DNA of 64,000 bases. It comes from Vicinamibacterales bacterium. Lineage in GTDB: Bacteria > Acidobacteriota > Vicinamibacteria > Vicinamibacterales > CAVVIG01. The stretch is from positions 113,577-177,576 of the forward strand of contig CBDANZ010000004.1 of the NCBI GenBank assembly GCA_965197865.1, given 5' to 3'. Both the position numbers and the translations under genes were made by a program. Below the pieces are notes generated by a model that did no database searches, was not told the origin of the DNA, and saw only the letters and a list, made by a program, of their open reading frames with translations. Positions 29,824 through 39,671 of this stretch are shown piece after piece. Numbering within the stretch: position 1 is the first letter of the stretch; every line of letters starts with the position of its first letter.

Positions 29824-29989
29824 CTAGCAGTCCGTGGTGAAAGTCGGGCGCTGCACCGAGACGAGCGAGGCGCCTTGCTGGCAAGGCGCGACGACCGAGA
29901 ATACCGCCTGTATTTGATGGAGGAGCAACGCAGGCCACGAGGATGCATCGCTCGTCGAATGCAGACGGACTTTCACCACGGACTGCTAG
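29824..29989. mobile_element. 166-bp MITE-like element or long hairpin with perfect 22-bp terminal inverted repeats
   Basis: CTAGCAGTCCGTGGTGAAAGTC (29824..29845) and its exact reverse complement (29968..29989). Internal 9-bp-stem palindrome GCGCCTTGC/GCAAGGCGC at 29870..29889. No credible ORF. Confidence 0.6.
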
Positions 29990-30059
29990 GTCTGGTCGGT
30001 CGCAGTCACACGTTCACGGAAGCGGCCAAACGGCAGCCTGCACCACTTTGGAAGACACG

Positions 30060-30860
30060 ATGCCTGACAGTCCCCATCTCGCAGGAATCCATCTCTTTCC
30101 GATCAAGTCACTTGATGGGGTGACCGTGCCCGATTGTTGCATCGGACCGGGAGGTGGCCTAGCACTGGATCGGGTGTGGGCGCTGTACTCGGAGGATGGG
30201 CGTTTCATCAATGGCAAGAGCTCGGCGGGGATTCATTTGATTCGTGCGGTATTCGCGCCGGATGTCGGCTCGGTCACGTTGTCGGCGGCCGATGAGCGTA
30301 GAAATATCGGGCCGAAAACGTTCGCGTTTCCTGGAGACTTTGCGACGGCGGGGGAGTGGTTTTGCCGATTCTTTGAACGAAACGTGGTCGTGCGGTACTC
30401 GGCGGAGGGGTTTCCGGACGATACGGATCGCAATGGCCCGACGGTCATCTCCACGACGACGCTGCAAGCGGTGTCCGACTGGTTTCCGGGCATCGATTTA
30501 GAGGAATCGCGACGGCGTTTTCGCACGTCATTGGAACTCGGCGGCGTTTCTGCGTTCTGGGAGGACCGACTCTTCGGCGTGCATGAAGGCGACGCGGTCC
30601 GATTCACAGTCGGCGACGTGAATGTGGAGGGCACGAATCCGTGTCCTCGCTGCACGGTTCCTGCGCGAGATTCTCTCCGTGGCAGCGACATGATCGGGTT
30701 CCAGAAGCGTTTCAGCGACCTTCGCCGCACCCATTACCCTTCGTGGGCGTGCCAGCCCGATAGGATCGACAACTTCTACCATCTGGCGATCAACACGCGC
30801 GTGGCGCCGACTGAACATGAGAAAGTGCTGCGGGTTGGTGATCAGGTTTCGCTGCGCTGA
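30060..30860 (+). CDS. MOSC domain-containing protein (YcbX-like), 266 aa
   Basis: ATG 30060. N-terminal beta-barrel signature IHLFPIKSLDG and MOSC region with NPCPRCTVPARD. The ORF-track extension to 29943 overlaps the IR element. Confidence 0.8.
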   Translation: MPDSPHLAGIHLFPIKSLDGVTVPDCCIGPGGGLALDRVWALYSEDGRFINGKSSAGIHLIRAVFAPDVGSVTLSAADERRNIGPKTFAFPGDFATAGEWFCRFFERNVVVRYSAEGFPDDTDRNGPTVISTTTLQAVSDWFPGIDLEESRRRFRTSLELGGVSAFWEDRLFGVHEGDAVRFTVGDVNVEGTNPCPRCTVPARDSLRGSDMIGFQKRFSDLRRTHYPSWACQPDRIDNFYHLAINTRVAPTEHEKVLRVGDQVSLR

Positions 30861-30946
30861 CGCAGCGATGTCAGGCTTCTACAACCAGCTAGTCGTACTG
30901 AGATGAACGCGTGAAGCTCTCGTGCATGGTCTCGTAGCCTTGGATG

Positions 30947-30992
30947 GGTATTGTCAGGTTGAGGCGACGAGTGGCAGAGTAGGCCGATGAGG
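30947..30992 (+). mobile_element. 46-bp left-end fragment of IS6 type B, cut by IS6 type A copy 2
   Basis: GGTATTGTCAGGTTGAGGCGACGAGTGGCAGAGTAGGCCGATGAG matches 11474..11519 and runs directly into the type A left IR at 30993. Confidence 0.8.
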
Positions 30993-31813
30993 GGATGTGT
31001 TGCAACTTTGGCTAGCGGCGGGCTGGTAGCCTGAAGAGATCATGAAGAAGGCAATCCGACCGGCAATTTTCAAGTGGCGACAGACGGCGCCGGAGCTGAT
31101 TCTGTGCGCCGTGCGCTGGTATCTGCGGTACTCACTCTCGCTCCGCGATGTCGAAGAGCTCCTCGAGGAGCGCGGCCTGCAGGCTGACCACACGACGGTC
31201 TGGCGATGGGTGCAGCGCTACGGGCCGGAACTCGAGCAGAGGCTGCGCCGGCATCTCAAGCCCACCAACAAATCCTGGCGTGTTGATGAAACCTATGTGC
31301 GGGTCAAGGGCGACTGGTGCTACCTGTATCGTGCTATTGATTCCACAGGCGCCACCATTGACTTCTTCCTGTCAGTGCTCCGCGATGCCGCGGCGGCCAA
31401 ACGGCTGTTTCGCAAGGCGCTCAGCGATCCATCACATCCGCAGCCCCGCGTCATCAACACCGATCAGGCCCGCCTCTACGGCGCGGCGATTCCAGCCGTG
31501 AAAGAGGAGGGAACACTGCGCTCCCGCTGCCGACATCGGCCAGTCCAATACTTGAACAATATTCTGGAGCAGGACCATCGAGCGATCAAACGCCGGGTGC
31601 AGGCTAAACAGGGGTTTCGCGAGTTTCACGCGGCGCGGCGAACCATCCAAGGATACGAGGCACTGCACATGATGCGGAAGGGGCAGGTGAGGTGGGTGAG
31701 CGGCTCGGATGTTTGGCGGCAGAATCAGTTCATCAACAGGCTGTTCGAGGTGGCTGCCTGAGACCTCGATCCCGAGCGGCCTCCGTCACCGTTTACGAAG
31801 TTGCAACACTTCC
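30993..31813 (+). mobile_element. IS6-family IS, type A copy 2 (~821 bp)
   Basis: IRs GGATGTGTTGCAAC (starting at 30993) and GTTGCAACACTTCC (ending at 31813). Confidence 0.85.
31042..31761 (+). CDS. IS6-family transposase, 239 aa (divergent paralogue of 9148..9867)
   Basis: Same length and motifs as the 9148 ORF, with scattered substitutions. Confidence 0.9.
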   Translation: MKKAIRPAIFKWRQTAPELILCAVRWYLRYSLSLRDVEELLEERGLQADHTTVWRWVQRYGPELEQRLRRHLKPTNKSWRVDETYVRVKGDWCYLYRAIDSTGATIDFFLSVLRDAAAAKRLFRKALSDPSHPQPRVINTDQARLYGAAIPAVKEEGTLRSRCRHRPVQYLNNILEQDHRAIKRRVQAKQGFREFHAARRTIQGYEALHMMRKGQVRWVSGSDVWRQNQFINRLFEVAA

Positions 31814-31998
31814 GTTGAAGCCGTATCTCCCGTCGAAATCCGACAGGCCCCATTAGAGAAGCGCGGGGTCAGTCAGTGCGATCAGACCCCTTCGCGCCAC
31901 GATCTGTGGCGCAGGCCGAATGCTCACGAGTGACACCGCGTCGACGTCGGTCGCCTTCGAGCTCGTTCCTGGTGAGGTAGCGTTCAGCGGTTCCGCAG

Positions 31999-32121
31999 GG
32001 CGTTGGTGCGCGGATGCGGGCAGGCCTACGCGCTTCAAACCGTCGAGCCCGTCACCTACCGATGCGGTACGAGACGGGTCTGCCAAGCTCGGTCATCCGG
32101 TTCAGAACGTGACACGCGAGC
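31999..32121 (-). pseudogene. 3' end fragment of a second IS5-family type
   Basis: The minus strand reads ..LACHVLNRMTELGRPVSYRIGR* (stop at 32052), matching the C-terminus of the 59120 ORF. An IR-like GGCGTTGGTGCGCGG is at 31999. Cut at 32121 by the intact IS5. Confidence 0.7.
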
Positions 32122-33209
32122 GGCGTTGGTGCATGAATCGAACCCCACCCAGAACGATCCCGACCCAGGGGACTTTCATCGGCCGATGGCGTACGAGTCT
32201 GGCCTTCCCAGGTCGGTCATCTGATTCAAGATGTGGCACGCGATGAGCACCTCGGCTTGTTGCCCTCCGGGAGCTCGGGCGCGAAGGCGATCCCCGATGA
32301 TCGACTTGTACCGGAAGACGGCGTTCTCCACGCGGGCCTGCCGATAGTACCCAGCCTCCGCCTTCCACCGCCGCCGCCCGATCTGCTTCATCTTCCGGAT
32401 CGTGCGATCCCGAGCGCTCGACCGTGGTCTCCGTCGCGACACCCGTGCCGCCTTGTTCGGAGGGACCACGACGATTGCGTCCCGGGCCGTGGCCGCCGCG
32501 TAGAACGCGATCGTGTCGTAGGCCGCGTCGGCCGTGACGCGTGCGAGGTCGGCGTGGAGCGCCTCGATCAAACCGACACCGGTCGTCGCGTCGTCGACCG
32601 TCGCCTCGGTCAACGTGTGGGCCACGATCACACCCGCCCTGTCGACGCCGAGATGGAGCTTCTTCCAGCCGCGCTGGCCGCGACCGCCGTGCTTGGCCGG
32701 GGCCCACTCACCTTCGCCGGCGATCGAGAGGCCCGTGCTATCGACGAGGAGATGAATCGGCCCCTTGACCGGGACGCGGTGCAGCCCGACGGCCAGGTAC
32801 CGACTCCGGCGAGAAAGCGTGGTGTGGTCGGGCGCCTCGAGATCGACGTCCATCGAGGCGAGGACCGACCGCACAAAGCCCTCCGCTTGGCGCAAGGGCA
32901 GACGGAAGACAAGTCGGAGTGTCAACGTGGTGCTGATCGCGAGATCCGAGAACCGCTGCTGCCCGCCCGGTTGACCAGACGGCGACGGTCGCCACGCGTC
33001 CCGCGCGTCAGCAGACACCCACAGCGTCACGTCGCCTCGCTGGACCAGCCCTCGGTCGTATGCCGGCCAATTCCCGACGTGGTATTTCGTCTTGTACTTC
33101 GGTTGAACCCTCGACTTCATAGCGAGATCGTGCGCCACGGGCCCTCAACACGGCCAGGACCTCGACGCTCGCCCACGGGCGCCAAGCTGAGGAGCCGTGC
33201 ACCAACGCC
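32122..33209 (-). mobile_element. IS5-family IS, intact copy (1088 bp)
   Basis: Ends GGCGTTGGTGCATGAATCGAACC (starting at 32122) and ..GGAGCCGTGCACCAACGCC (ending at 33209). Confidence 0.9.
32176..33138 (-). CDS. IS5-family DDE transposase, 320 aa
   Basis: GTG start. ..HLLVDSTGLSIAGEGEW..KLHLGVD..ADAAYD..RWKAEAGYYRQARVENAVFRYKSIIG.. Confidence 0.9.
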   Translation of the reverse strand: MAHDLAMKSRVQPKYKTKYHVGNWPAYDRGLVQRGDVTLWVSADARDAWRPSPSGQPGGQQRFSDLAISTTLTLRLVFRLPLRQAEGFVRSVLASMDVDLEAPDHTTLSRRSRYLAVGLHRVPVKGPIHLLVDSTGLSIAGEGEWAPAKHGGRGQRGWKKLHLGVDRAGVIVAHTLTEATVDDATTGVGLIEALHADLARVTADAAYDTIAFYAAATARDAIVVVPPNKAARVSRRRPRSSARDRTIRKMKQIGRRRWKAEAGYYRQARVENAVFRYKSIIGDRLRARAPGGQQAEVLIACHILNQMTDLGRPDSYAIGR

Positions 33210-33210
33210 A

Positions 33211-34962
33211 CTCGCCGACGCTGTGGCCAAGTCCCCCGGTGTTGGCGGACCGGAATGGGTCGCTGCAATTCACAAGATCGGGCAGATGCAACGAGAACGC
33301 TACGAGGCCGAGGAGGCAGAAATCGAGCAGCTTCGATCCGAAATCGCATACTGGTTGGAGGGGGAACGGTACGATCCCGCCGCCGGAGCTCCGCTTGAAG
33401 CCTTGCTTACCCGCACGCAGCGCGTCTCGGTTTGGGCGAGCACGCAATTCCACACGATGGAGGGTGAGGCCGAGGCTTCTCTGTTTGCGTCTGCCCATGC
33501 GCAGGCGGAGGCACTCCTGACGGAGCTCGCGGGGCTTCGAAAGGATGGTACCGAGCGCATCGCACGGCTTGCGCTCGAGCGACGGATCGACGAGGTGACG
33601 ACCGACGCACCGGACCCTTCCACGTACGAGGAGGCCGGTCACACAGGGGCGGCGATCTCACCTGCCGCAGTGACAAGTCCTTGGCCGATAGTGGTTTGGT
33701 GGAATCTCGCGCACGCGCCGACCGCCGTCTCGTGTCCTTGGTCGTCGCGCGAACTCGCCGCCCTGCTTGCGTCCGGGGTGCGACTGCCAGAGGTCGAGGA
33801 CACTATTCGCCGACACAGCCGGGAGTGGCTGAGACCGCTGTGCCATGCCACAGAACAGTGTGTCCTGGTCGTGCACGACGACGAACGCGGAGCGCACCCG
33901 TTATGGACGCGGATCGAGAGCCTTTTCGATGGGATCGAGATAGTCCAGATCGAGTCCTCCCTGGTCGGTGGAGATATGACACTCAAGACGCTTGAGGTGC
34001 CGACGCGAGTACTTCCGATTCAGGTCCTGCCCGCGCCACGACGGTGGTGGTCACTGCCGGACGATTGCGTCGTCGCGCCTCGTGAGGTCGAGTCCTACTC
34101 CAGTCTCTCGAAGCTCTGCGACTACCCGCACGAGTGGGTGTTGTAGTACGCCGCGCGGCTCCGAGCCGGGAGCGCCGCCGAGGTAATGGATGGCTCCCGC
34201 CTCTTTGGAACCCTCGGGCACCGACTCTTCGAAGAGTTCTTTCGGACGCGCGACGACTGGCGCCGGATGCAAGACGACAACGTGCTCGCCTGGGTGCGCG
34301 CAGAATTGCCCGGACTCGTCGAACGCGAAGGCGCGGTGCTGCTCGAGCCCGGGCGCGGAGTTGACCGCCAGCGAATCGCCGTCACCCTGGAGCGGGCCCT
34401 GGTCCGGCTTCTGGCACACCTCCGGTCGGCCGGAATCGTGCAAGTAACACCTGAAGCCTCCGGACAAGTGCCGTTCGCGGGACGCCACCTGACCGGTGCC
34501 ATCGACTTGGTGTTGGCTTGCGGCAACGGACACCGCACTGTTCTCGACGTCAAGTGGGCAGGCGAAAGCTACCGTCGGGGCTTGCTCTCCGAAAACCGCA
34601 TCCTACAGCTGGCCACCTACTCCTACCTACAGAAAAATCTGGATGGGAGCGAACGATGGCCTTCTGGGACGTTCTTCATCCTATTCACCGGCAATGTCCT
34701 CGCGAGCGATGGATCAAGTTTCCCGGATGCAATCGTGTCCTCGTCGAAGGACGGCGAAGGCGTAGCGAATCTTTGGGATCGTCTTCGACTCACGTACGAC
34801 TGGCGATGGGCGCAGTTGCAAAGCAGGCGGATCGAGGTCGTGACGGACCTCACGGCACCTAACGAGCAGTCGACTCCCCCAGAGGCGGGGCTCCGTCCGG
34901 TCACCGGTGGCGATCAGTACGACGACTACGTGCGCCTCACGGGGTGGGAGGACTCCCGATGA
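33211..34962 (+). pseudogene. AddB-like RecB-family PD-(D/E)xK nuclease protein; N-terminus lost to IS5, one in-frame TAG
   Basis: One frame from the IS5 boundary to 34962, apart from a TAG at 34144..34146. Nuclease motifs after the stop: GTLGHRLFE, GAIDLVL..LDVKWAG, QLATYSYL. The first ~325 codons of ORF 32233..34146 are antisense of IS5. Confidence 0.75.
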
Positions 34963-37900
34963 GCGGTAGTCAGAGAGATCTCGCGCACGTGCGCTTCATC
35001 AGTGCCGGAGCGGGGAGTGGCAAAACATATCACCTGACTGAGGAACTTGAGCAAGCGCTGTCCGATGGCAGGGCGATGCCCGCGGCCGTGATTGGCACGA
35101 CGTTCACGGTGAAGGCCGCCACAGAGCTTCACGACCGCGTCCGAACTCGACTGATCAGGAGCGGCCGGCCCCTGTTGTCTGAGCAGATGGCACAGGCGGT
35201 CATTGGTACCGTGCACAGCGTCTGTGGGCGCCTGCTCCGGCGGTTCGCGTTCGAGCTCGGGCTCTCGCCCGTGCTCAACGTCGCAAGCGTCGAGGATGGT
35301 GCGCGTCTCTTCAACCAAGCATTGGACGAGGTGCTGAGTGTGGACCGTGTTCGAGAGATGAACCTTCGCGCCGAGCGTCTTGGGCTCGTCGACGACCAGG
35401 ACGGAACAAGCTGGCAGGACCACGTGCGGAAGATCGCGGAGGAGACGCGAAGCAACGACATTGACCCGACCACCCTGCCGACGATGGGCCGCGAAAGCGC
35501 GCGCCGGTTTCTCAGCTATTTTCCGGAAGCAACTCGCAACGACGAGGTGCGGGAGGCGCTACTCGCGGCCGTTCAGGAAGCGATGGCGAACATCGACCTT
35601 GCGTCCGATGCCACCAAAACCACGCGCGATTATGTGAGCCGGCTACACAGCGCCGCGGCTGAACTCCGGCGTGACAACTGCCGTTGGACGCTTTGGATCT
35701 CGCTGAGCAAGTCGTCGCCGGCAAAGAGGAGCGAATTTGCTGCAATGTCGGTACGGGCCGCAGCCGCTTCCTATGACGGTCATTCGGGCTTTCACGCCGA
35801 CATACGCAGGTACATCGAAGGCGTTTTTGCGATCGCTGGGGAGGCTCTTTCCCGTTTCCAGAGCTTGAAGACCGAGCGCGGCCTCGTCGACTACGACGAC
35901 ATGGAACAGCTCGCGCTCCGAGCCCTCGACGAGCCCGCCGTGGCGGAACGTCTCAGCGACGAGGTGGATCTGTTACTCGTCGACGAGTTCCAGGACACGA
36001 ACCCAATGCAGCTCGCGCTCTTTATGAAGATTGCGCGCCTGGCTCACGAGGTGGTCTTCGTCGGAGACGTGAAGCAGGCCATCTTCGGTTTCCGGGGAAG
36101 CGACCCGGAGCTCGTGCGAGGCACGCTCGATGCCCTCGCCGCCTGCGGCAGCAAGCTCGACGTGCTCGATAGCTCCTGGCGAGCGCGGCCGTCGATTGTG
36201 CGCTACCTGAACGCCGTATTTGGTGAAGCCTTCGAACGCGACGGCATGGAACGCGCATCGGTCGAGCTATCACCCGAGCGCCAGGAGACTCACGACTCGC
36301 CAGCGGTAGTGCGTTGGACCCTCCCAAGGACGAGGAAAGTAGCGGAGCAGGCAGACGCTTTGGCACTCGCTATTCTCGAATTCAAGAGATCCGGACAACG
36401 AGTGAACGACCCGGAGACGAGAGACACGCGGGCTGTCACCTTCGGCGATATTGCGGTGCTCGCCACAACCAACGGTCACGTGCAATCCATCGCGAAAGCG
36501 TTGCGCGAACGACGCATACCCATGAAGATGACCCTGGCCGGGCTTCTCGAGACGCCCGAGGTGTGCCTTGCAAGAGCGTGCCTGTGCCGCCTGAACGACC
36601 CCGCCGACACCATCGCCACGGCCGAAATCCGGGTTCTGGGCTCCTGTGAGGAGCCGGAAGTTTGGCTCGCAGACCGGCTTCGCTGGCTCAAGGCTGAAGA
36701 GGAGGACCGGAGCTGGGCCGAGACCGACGATCCGATCGTATCGCGCATCGCACATTTGCGCGATTAGACGATTACCCAGTCCCCGGTCGAGATCGTCGCG
36801 CGAGTGCTCAACTATGTCGGTGTCCGCGCGATCTCGACTGCATGGGGACCTGATGCGATCACCGCCACCCAGCGCCAGCGCAACCTCGATGCCTTCCTCG
36901 ATTTGGCGGTCGAGTACGAGAATCACTGCGCGTCGCAACACGAGGCGGCGACCCTAACCGGCTTTCTGTTCTGGGTAGAGAATCCAACATCTCCGGCACT
37001 CGATCTGCAGCCGGTGGTGACCGGCGGCGACGCCGTCCACGTCCTGACCTATCATCGCGCGAAGGGCCTCGAGTGGCCAGTCGTCGTAGTAACTGACTTT
37101 CACTATACTTGGCGCTCCCAGATCTGGGACGTTCGCGTCGAGTCGACCTTGGACGAGCTCGATCTCGACAATCCCCTTAAGGGGCGGACCATCCGCTTCT
37201 ACCCAAATGTTTTCGGCAGAAACACCAAGAACGTTCCCGTTCTCGATGGCATCATGGAGTCGGAGGAGGGTGTTCGGGCGACTGCTGCAGTCGACGCCGA
37301 GGGACGCCGCTTGGCGTATGTAGGGATGACGCGGGCCCGGGACACGATCATCGTTGCCGTGCCGTCGTCGGCGCCGAGCGGAGATGCCTGGATCAAGAGC
37401 TTTACCTCCGACCACCTTCTTCCTGCTGGCGATGAACACCCGCTTCCAGGTGGCGAGCCCATCCCGTCGGCCGTCGTTGACTTGTCCGCAACCGACGTCA
37501 CGGTTCCCGCACCCACTCCGTTCACGCCAACGTGGTTCCTTGAACGCTCCCCGACCGAGCTTCGACTCCGCGAGCGGCTGAACCCCTCCGACGCCGGGCC
37601 CGCGGAGGGCGCCGCTGTAGGCAGTATCGTCGAGTTAGGGCCACGCCTTGCGGTTCACGGCGATGACATGGGGAGGATCGGCACCGCGCTCCATGCAGTG
37701 ATTGCCGCGGAGTTCGTGAATCCAGGCCGAGACGACGCAGTCGAATACGCAGCGTCCGTCATCCAGAATGCGGTCGGCGAGGAGGCGATGGCCCCGGCGG
37801 ACGCAATCGAATGTGCACGACGCCTCAGGGCGGTCCTTAACGCCCGGTTCGGTCCGCACCGCATCCTGGTTGAGCATCCCGTGAAGCTCGTCCAGAACAA

Positions 37901-38186
37901 TGGTCAGGTGCTCCACGGCTGGATCGACCTGCTCATCGAAACCGAGGCTGGGTGGATCGTCATCGACCACAAGTCCTCCCCGCGTCCGCGCTCAGAGTGG
38001 GCCGACGAGGCACTGGAACATTCGGGTCAACTCGCCGCGTACGCGAGCGCCCTAAGAGGTGCCGGTCTCGGATGCGCGGAATGTTGGGTGCACTTTCCGG
38101 TGAGTGGGGGGCTGGTGCAAGTCGTGCTCAACCGCGAGACTAACAGCGACAGGCCGCGAGCAACGTCCTTGCCGACAGCTCCATAG
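34944..38186 (+). pseudogene. AddA/UvrD-like SF1 helicase fused to a PD-(D/E)xK nuclease; one in-frame TAG
   Basis: Single frame with a TAG at 36765..36767. Motifs: AGAGSGKT, LLVDEFQDTNPMQ, VGDVKQAIFGFRGS, YHRAKGLEWPVVVV, YVGMTRARDTIIV. C-terminal nuclease: GWIDLLIE..VIDHKSS, QLAAYASAL. The start overlaps the upstream gene by 19 nt. Confidence 0.8.
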
Positions 38187-38311
38187 GCGTGCCGCGTCCT
38201 CCACCAGCAGGCTCATCTAGCGCCGCATACGGAAGAAGCGCGTTGGAGTATGACGGTGCCGAACTGGGTCGGCCAACATGGAAACCCAAATCAAGTCGAT
38301 AGAGTTAGACC

Positions 38312-39205
38312 ATGAAGAAATGCCTGTCCTGCGCAGAAAAGATCCAAGATGCGGCAGTTGTCTGCCGCTACTGCGGACGCGATCAACCCGGCACGGCCGG
38401 GGCGCTGCTGCCGAAGCCACCGAGTCCCGGCGTTGCTGCGGTTCTCAGTCTAATCATCCCTGGGGCGGGCTACATGTACGCGGGACGCGTCGGTGCTGGA
38501 CTCGCGCTGCTCGCCTTCACGATCGCCGGCTACGCCCTTTCTATTTTCCCAGGGGCTTTCATACACATCCTAGTGATCTTCGCTTCGATCAGAGCAGCGA
38601 AATCTAAGGGCCGCGTTCCGGTTGAGAGGTCTAATGATCGCGGCGTGGATGACTGGCCCGACCTACTCGATCGAGCCGACGTGCTCATTCTCGACACAGA
38701 GACGACCGGGTTTACGGATCAGTCGGAAGTGATCGATGTGGCGGTGCTCGACACTTGCGGAACGGTAAGCTTCGACCGGCTCAGCATGCCGGAAGGACGA
38801 ATACCAACGCAGGCCACAGCTGTCCATGGCCTCACGCGGGCAGACCTCAGGCGCCAGAAGGCTCCAGCCTGGCCTGAGGTCCACGATGACTTGGTGCGCG
38901 TGCTCACCGCAGCGACGATTGTGATCGCGTATAACGCCGATTTCGACTCGCGTTTGCTCCGACAGACCGCTGAGCGACATGGCCTGACTATGCCTGATCT
39001 ATCCTGGCGCTGCACGATGCTTGATTATGCGGCCCACGTGGGCGAGAAGTGGAAGAGCGGGCCCCACAAAGGGCAGTGTCGATGGCAGACACTTGAAGTC
39101 GCTGCGACGCGAGAGGGCGTGGAGCCTGCTGGCGCGCACCGTGCATTAGCCGATGCGAAGATGACACTTGGGGTTCTGCGAGCGGTGGCCGCGCCACAGC
39201 CTTGA
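38312..39205 (+). CDS. zinc-ribbon, two TM helices and a DEDDh (DnaQ-like) 3'-5' exonuclease, 297 aa
   Basis: CLSCAEKIQDAAVVCRYCG; TM segments VAAVLSLIIPGAGYMYAG and LALLAFTIAGYALSIFPGAFIHILVIF. Exonuclease motifs LILDTETTG, AYNADFD, HRALADA. Confidence 0.8.
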   Translation: MKKCLSCAEKIQDAAVVCRYCGRDQPGTAGALLPKPPSPGVAAVLSLIIPGAGYMYAGRVGAGLALLAFTIAGYALSIFPGAFIHILVIFASIRAAKSKGRVPVERSNDRGVDDWPDLLDRADVLILDTETTGFTDQSEVIDVAVLDTCGTVSFDRLSMPEGRIPTQATAVHGLTRADLRRQKAPAWPEVHDDLVRVLTAATIVIAYNADFDSRLLRQTAERHGLTMPDLSWRCTMLDYAAHVGEKWKSGPHKGQCRWQTLEVAATREGVEPAGAHRALADAKMTLGVLRAVAAPQP

Positions 39206-39360
39206 TGTACGGTCTCAAAGCCGCTGAACTACCCCGTACTTGGCCAGATCCGCCAGCATCGGATTCGACAGTGAGATCGCGCTGATTCGATTTTTGTAAA
39301 GTCAAGATGACCTTGCACAAACACAGAGTATGAGCTTATCGGTATGAAAACAATGTCGCT

Positions 39361-39369
39361 CCCCCCCCC
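39361..39369 (+). repeat. C9 homopolymer between ATG 39344 and the helicase reading frame
   Basis: CCCCCCCCC read directly. ATG 39344 is 50 nt upstream of the ORF-track TTG start at 39394 (50 mod 3 = 2). Confidence 0.9.
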
Positions 39370-39671
39370 AACCACGAGCTGCCGACAGATCTTTTGGCTC
39401 GAGAGGATTTTCTGTTTCGCGAGGACAACACTCCCTCTCTCACCGATATACAGTGGGATGCACTGAGCGCTGGAGTCGGCCGTGGGGAAAGCGTGCTCGC
39501 TCTGGCGCCGACATCGACTGGAAAGACACAGATCGGCATCTGGGCTTTGGCCTCATGGCTGGTCGGCGATAGGGCTCGGCGTCGCGCCGTCTATCTGGTT
39601 ACGCATCGCAGCCTCGCGAAACAAGAATTCGAAGACTTTCAGCGCATCCTCCTTGGTTCTTTGTTTGCCGG

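Noticed and set aside
32233-34146. 637-aa ORF taken at face value as one protein.
   Set aside because: Its first ~325 codons are the antisense of the IS5 transposase (32122..33209). Only the part from 33211 is real coding sequence, the AddB-like fragment.
34144-34146. Genome-wide TAG reassignment as an explanation for the in-frame ambers.
   Set aside because: TAG terminates several well-delimited genes at their expected ends, including the type 2 transposase (3635), the lytic transglycosylase (13277) and IS407-type orfB (43017). TAG is therefore a normal stop here, and only local read-through or mutation remain as options.
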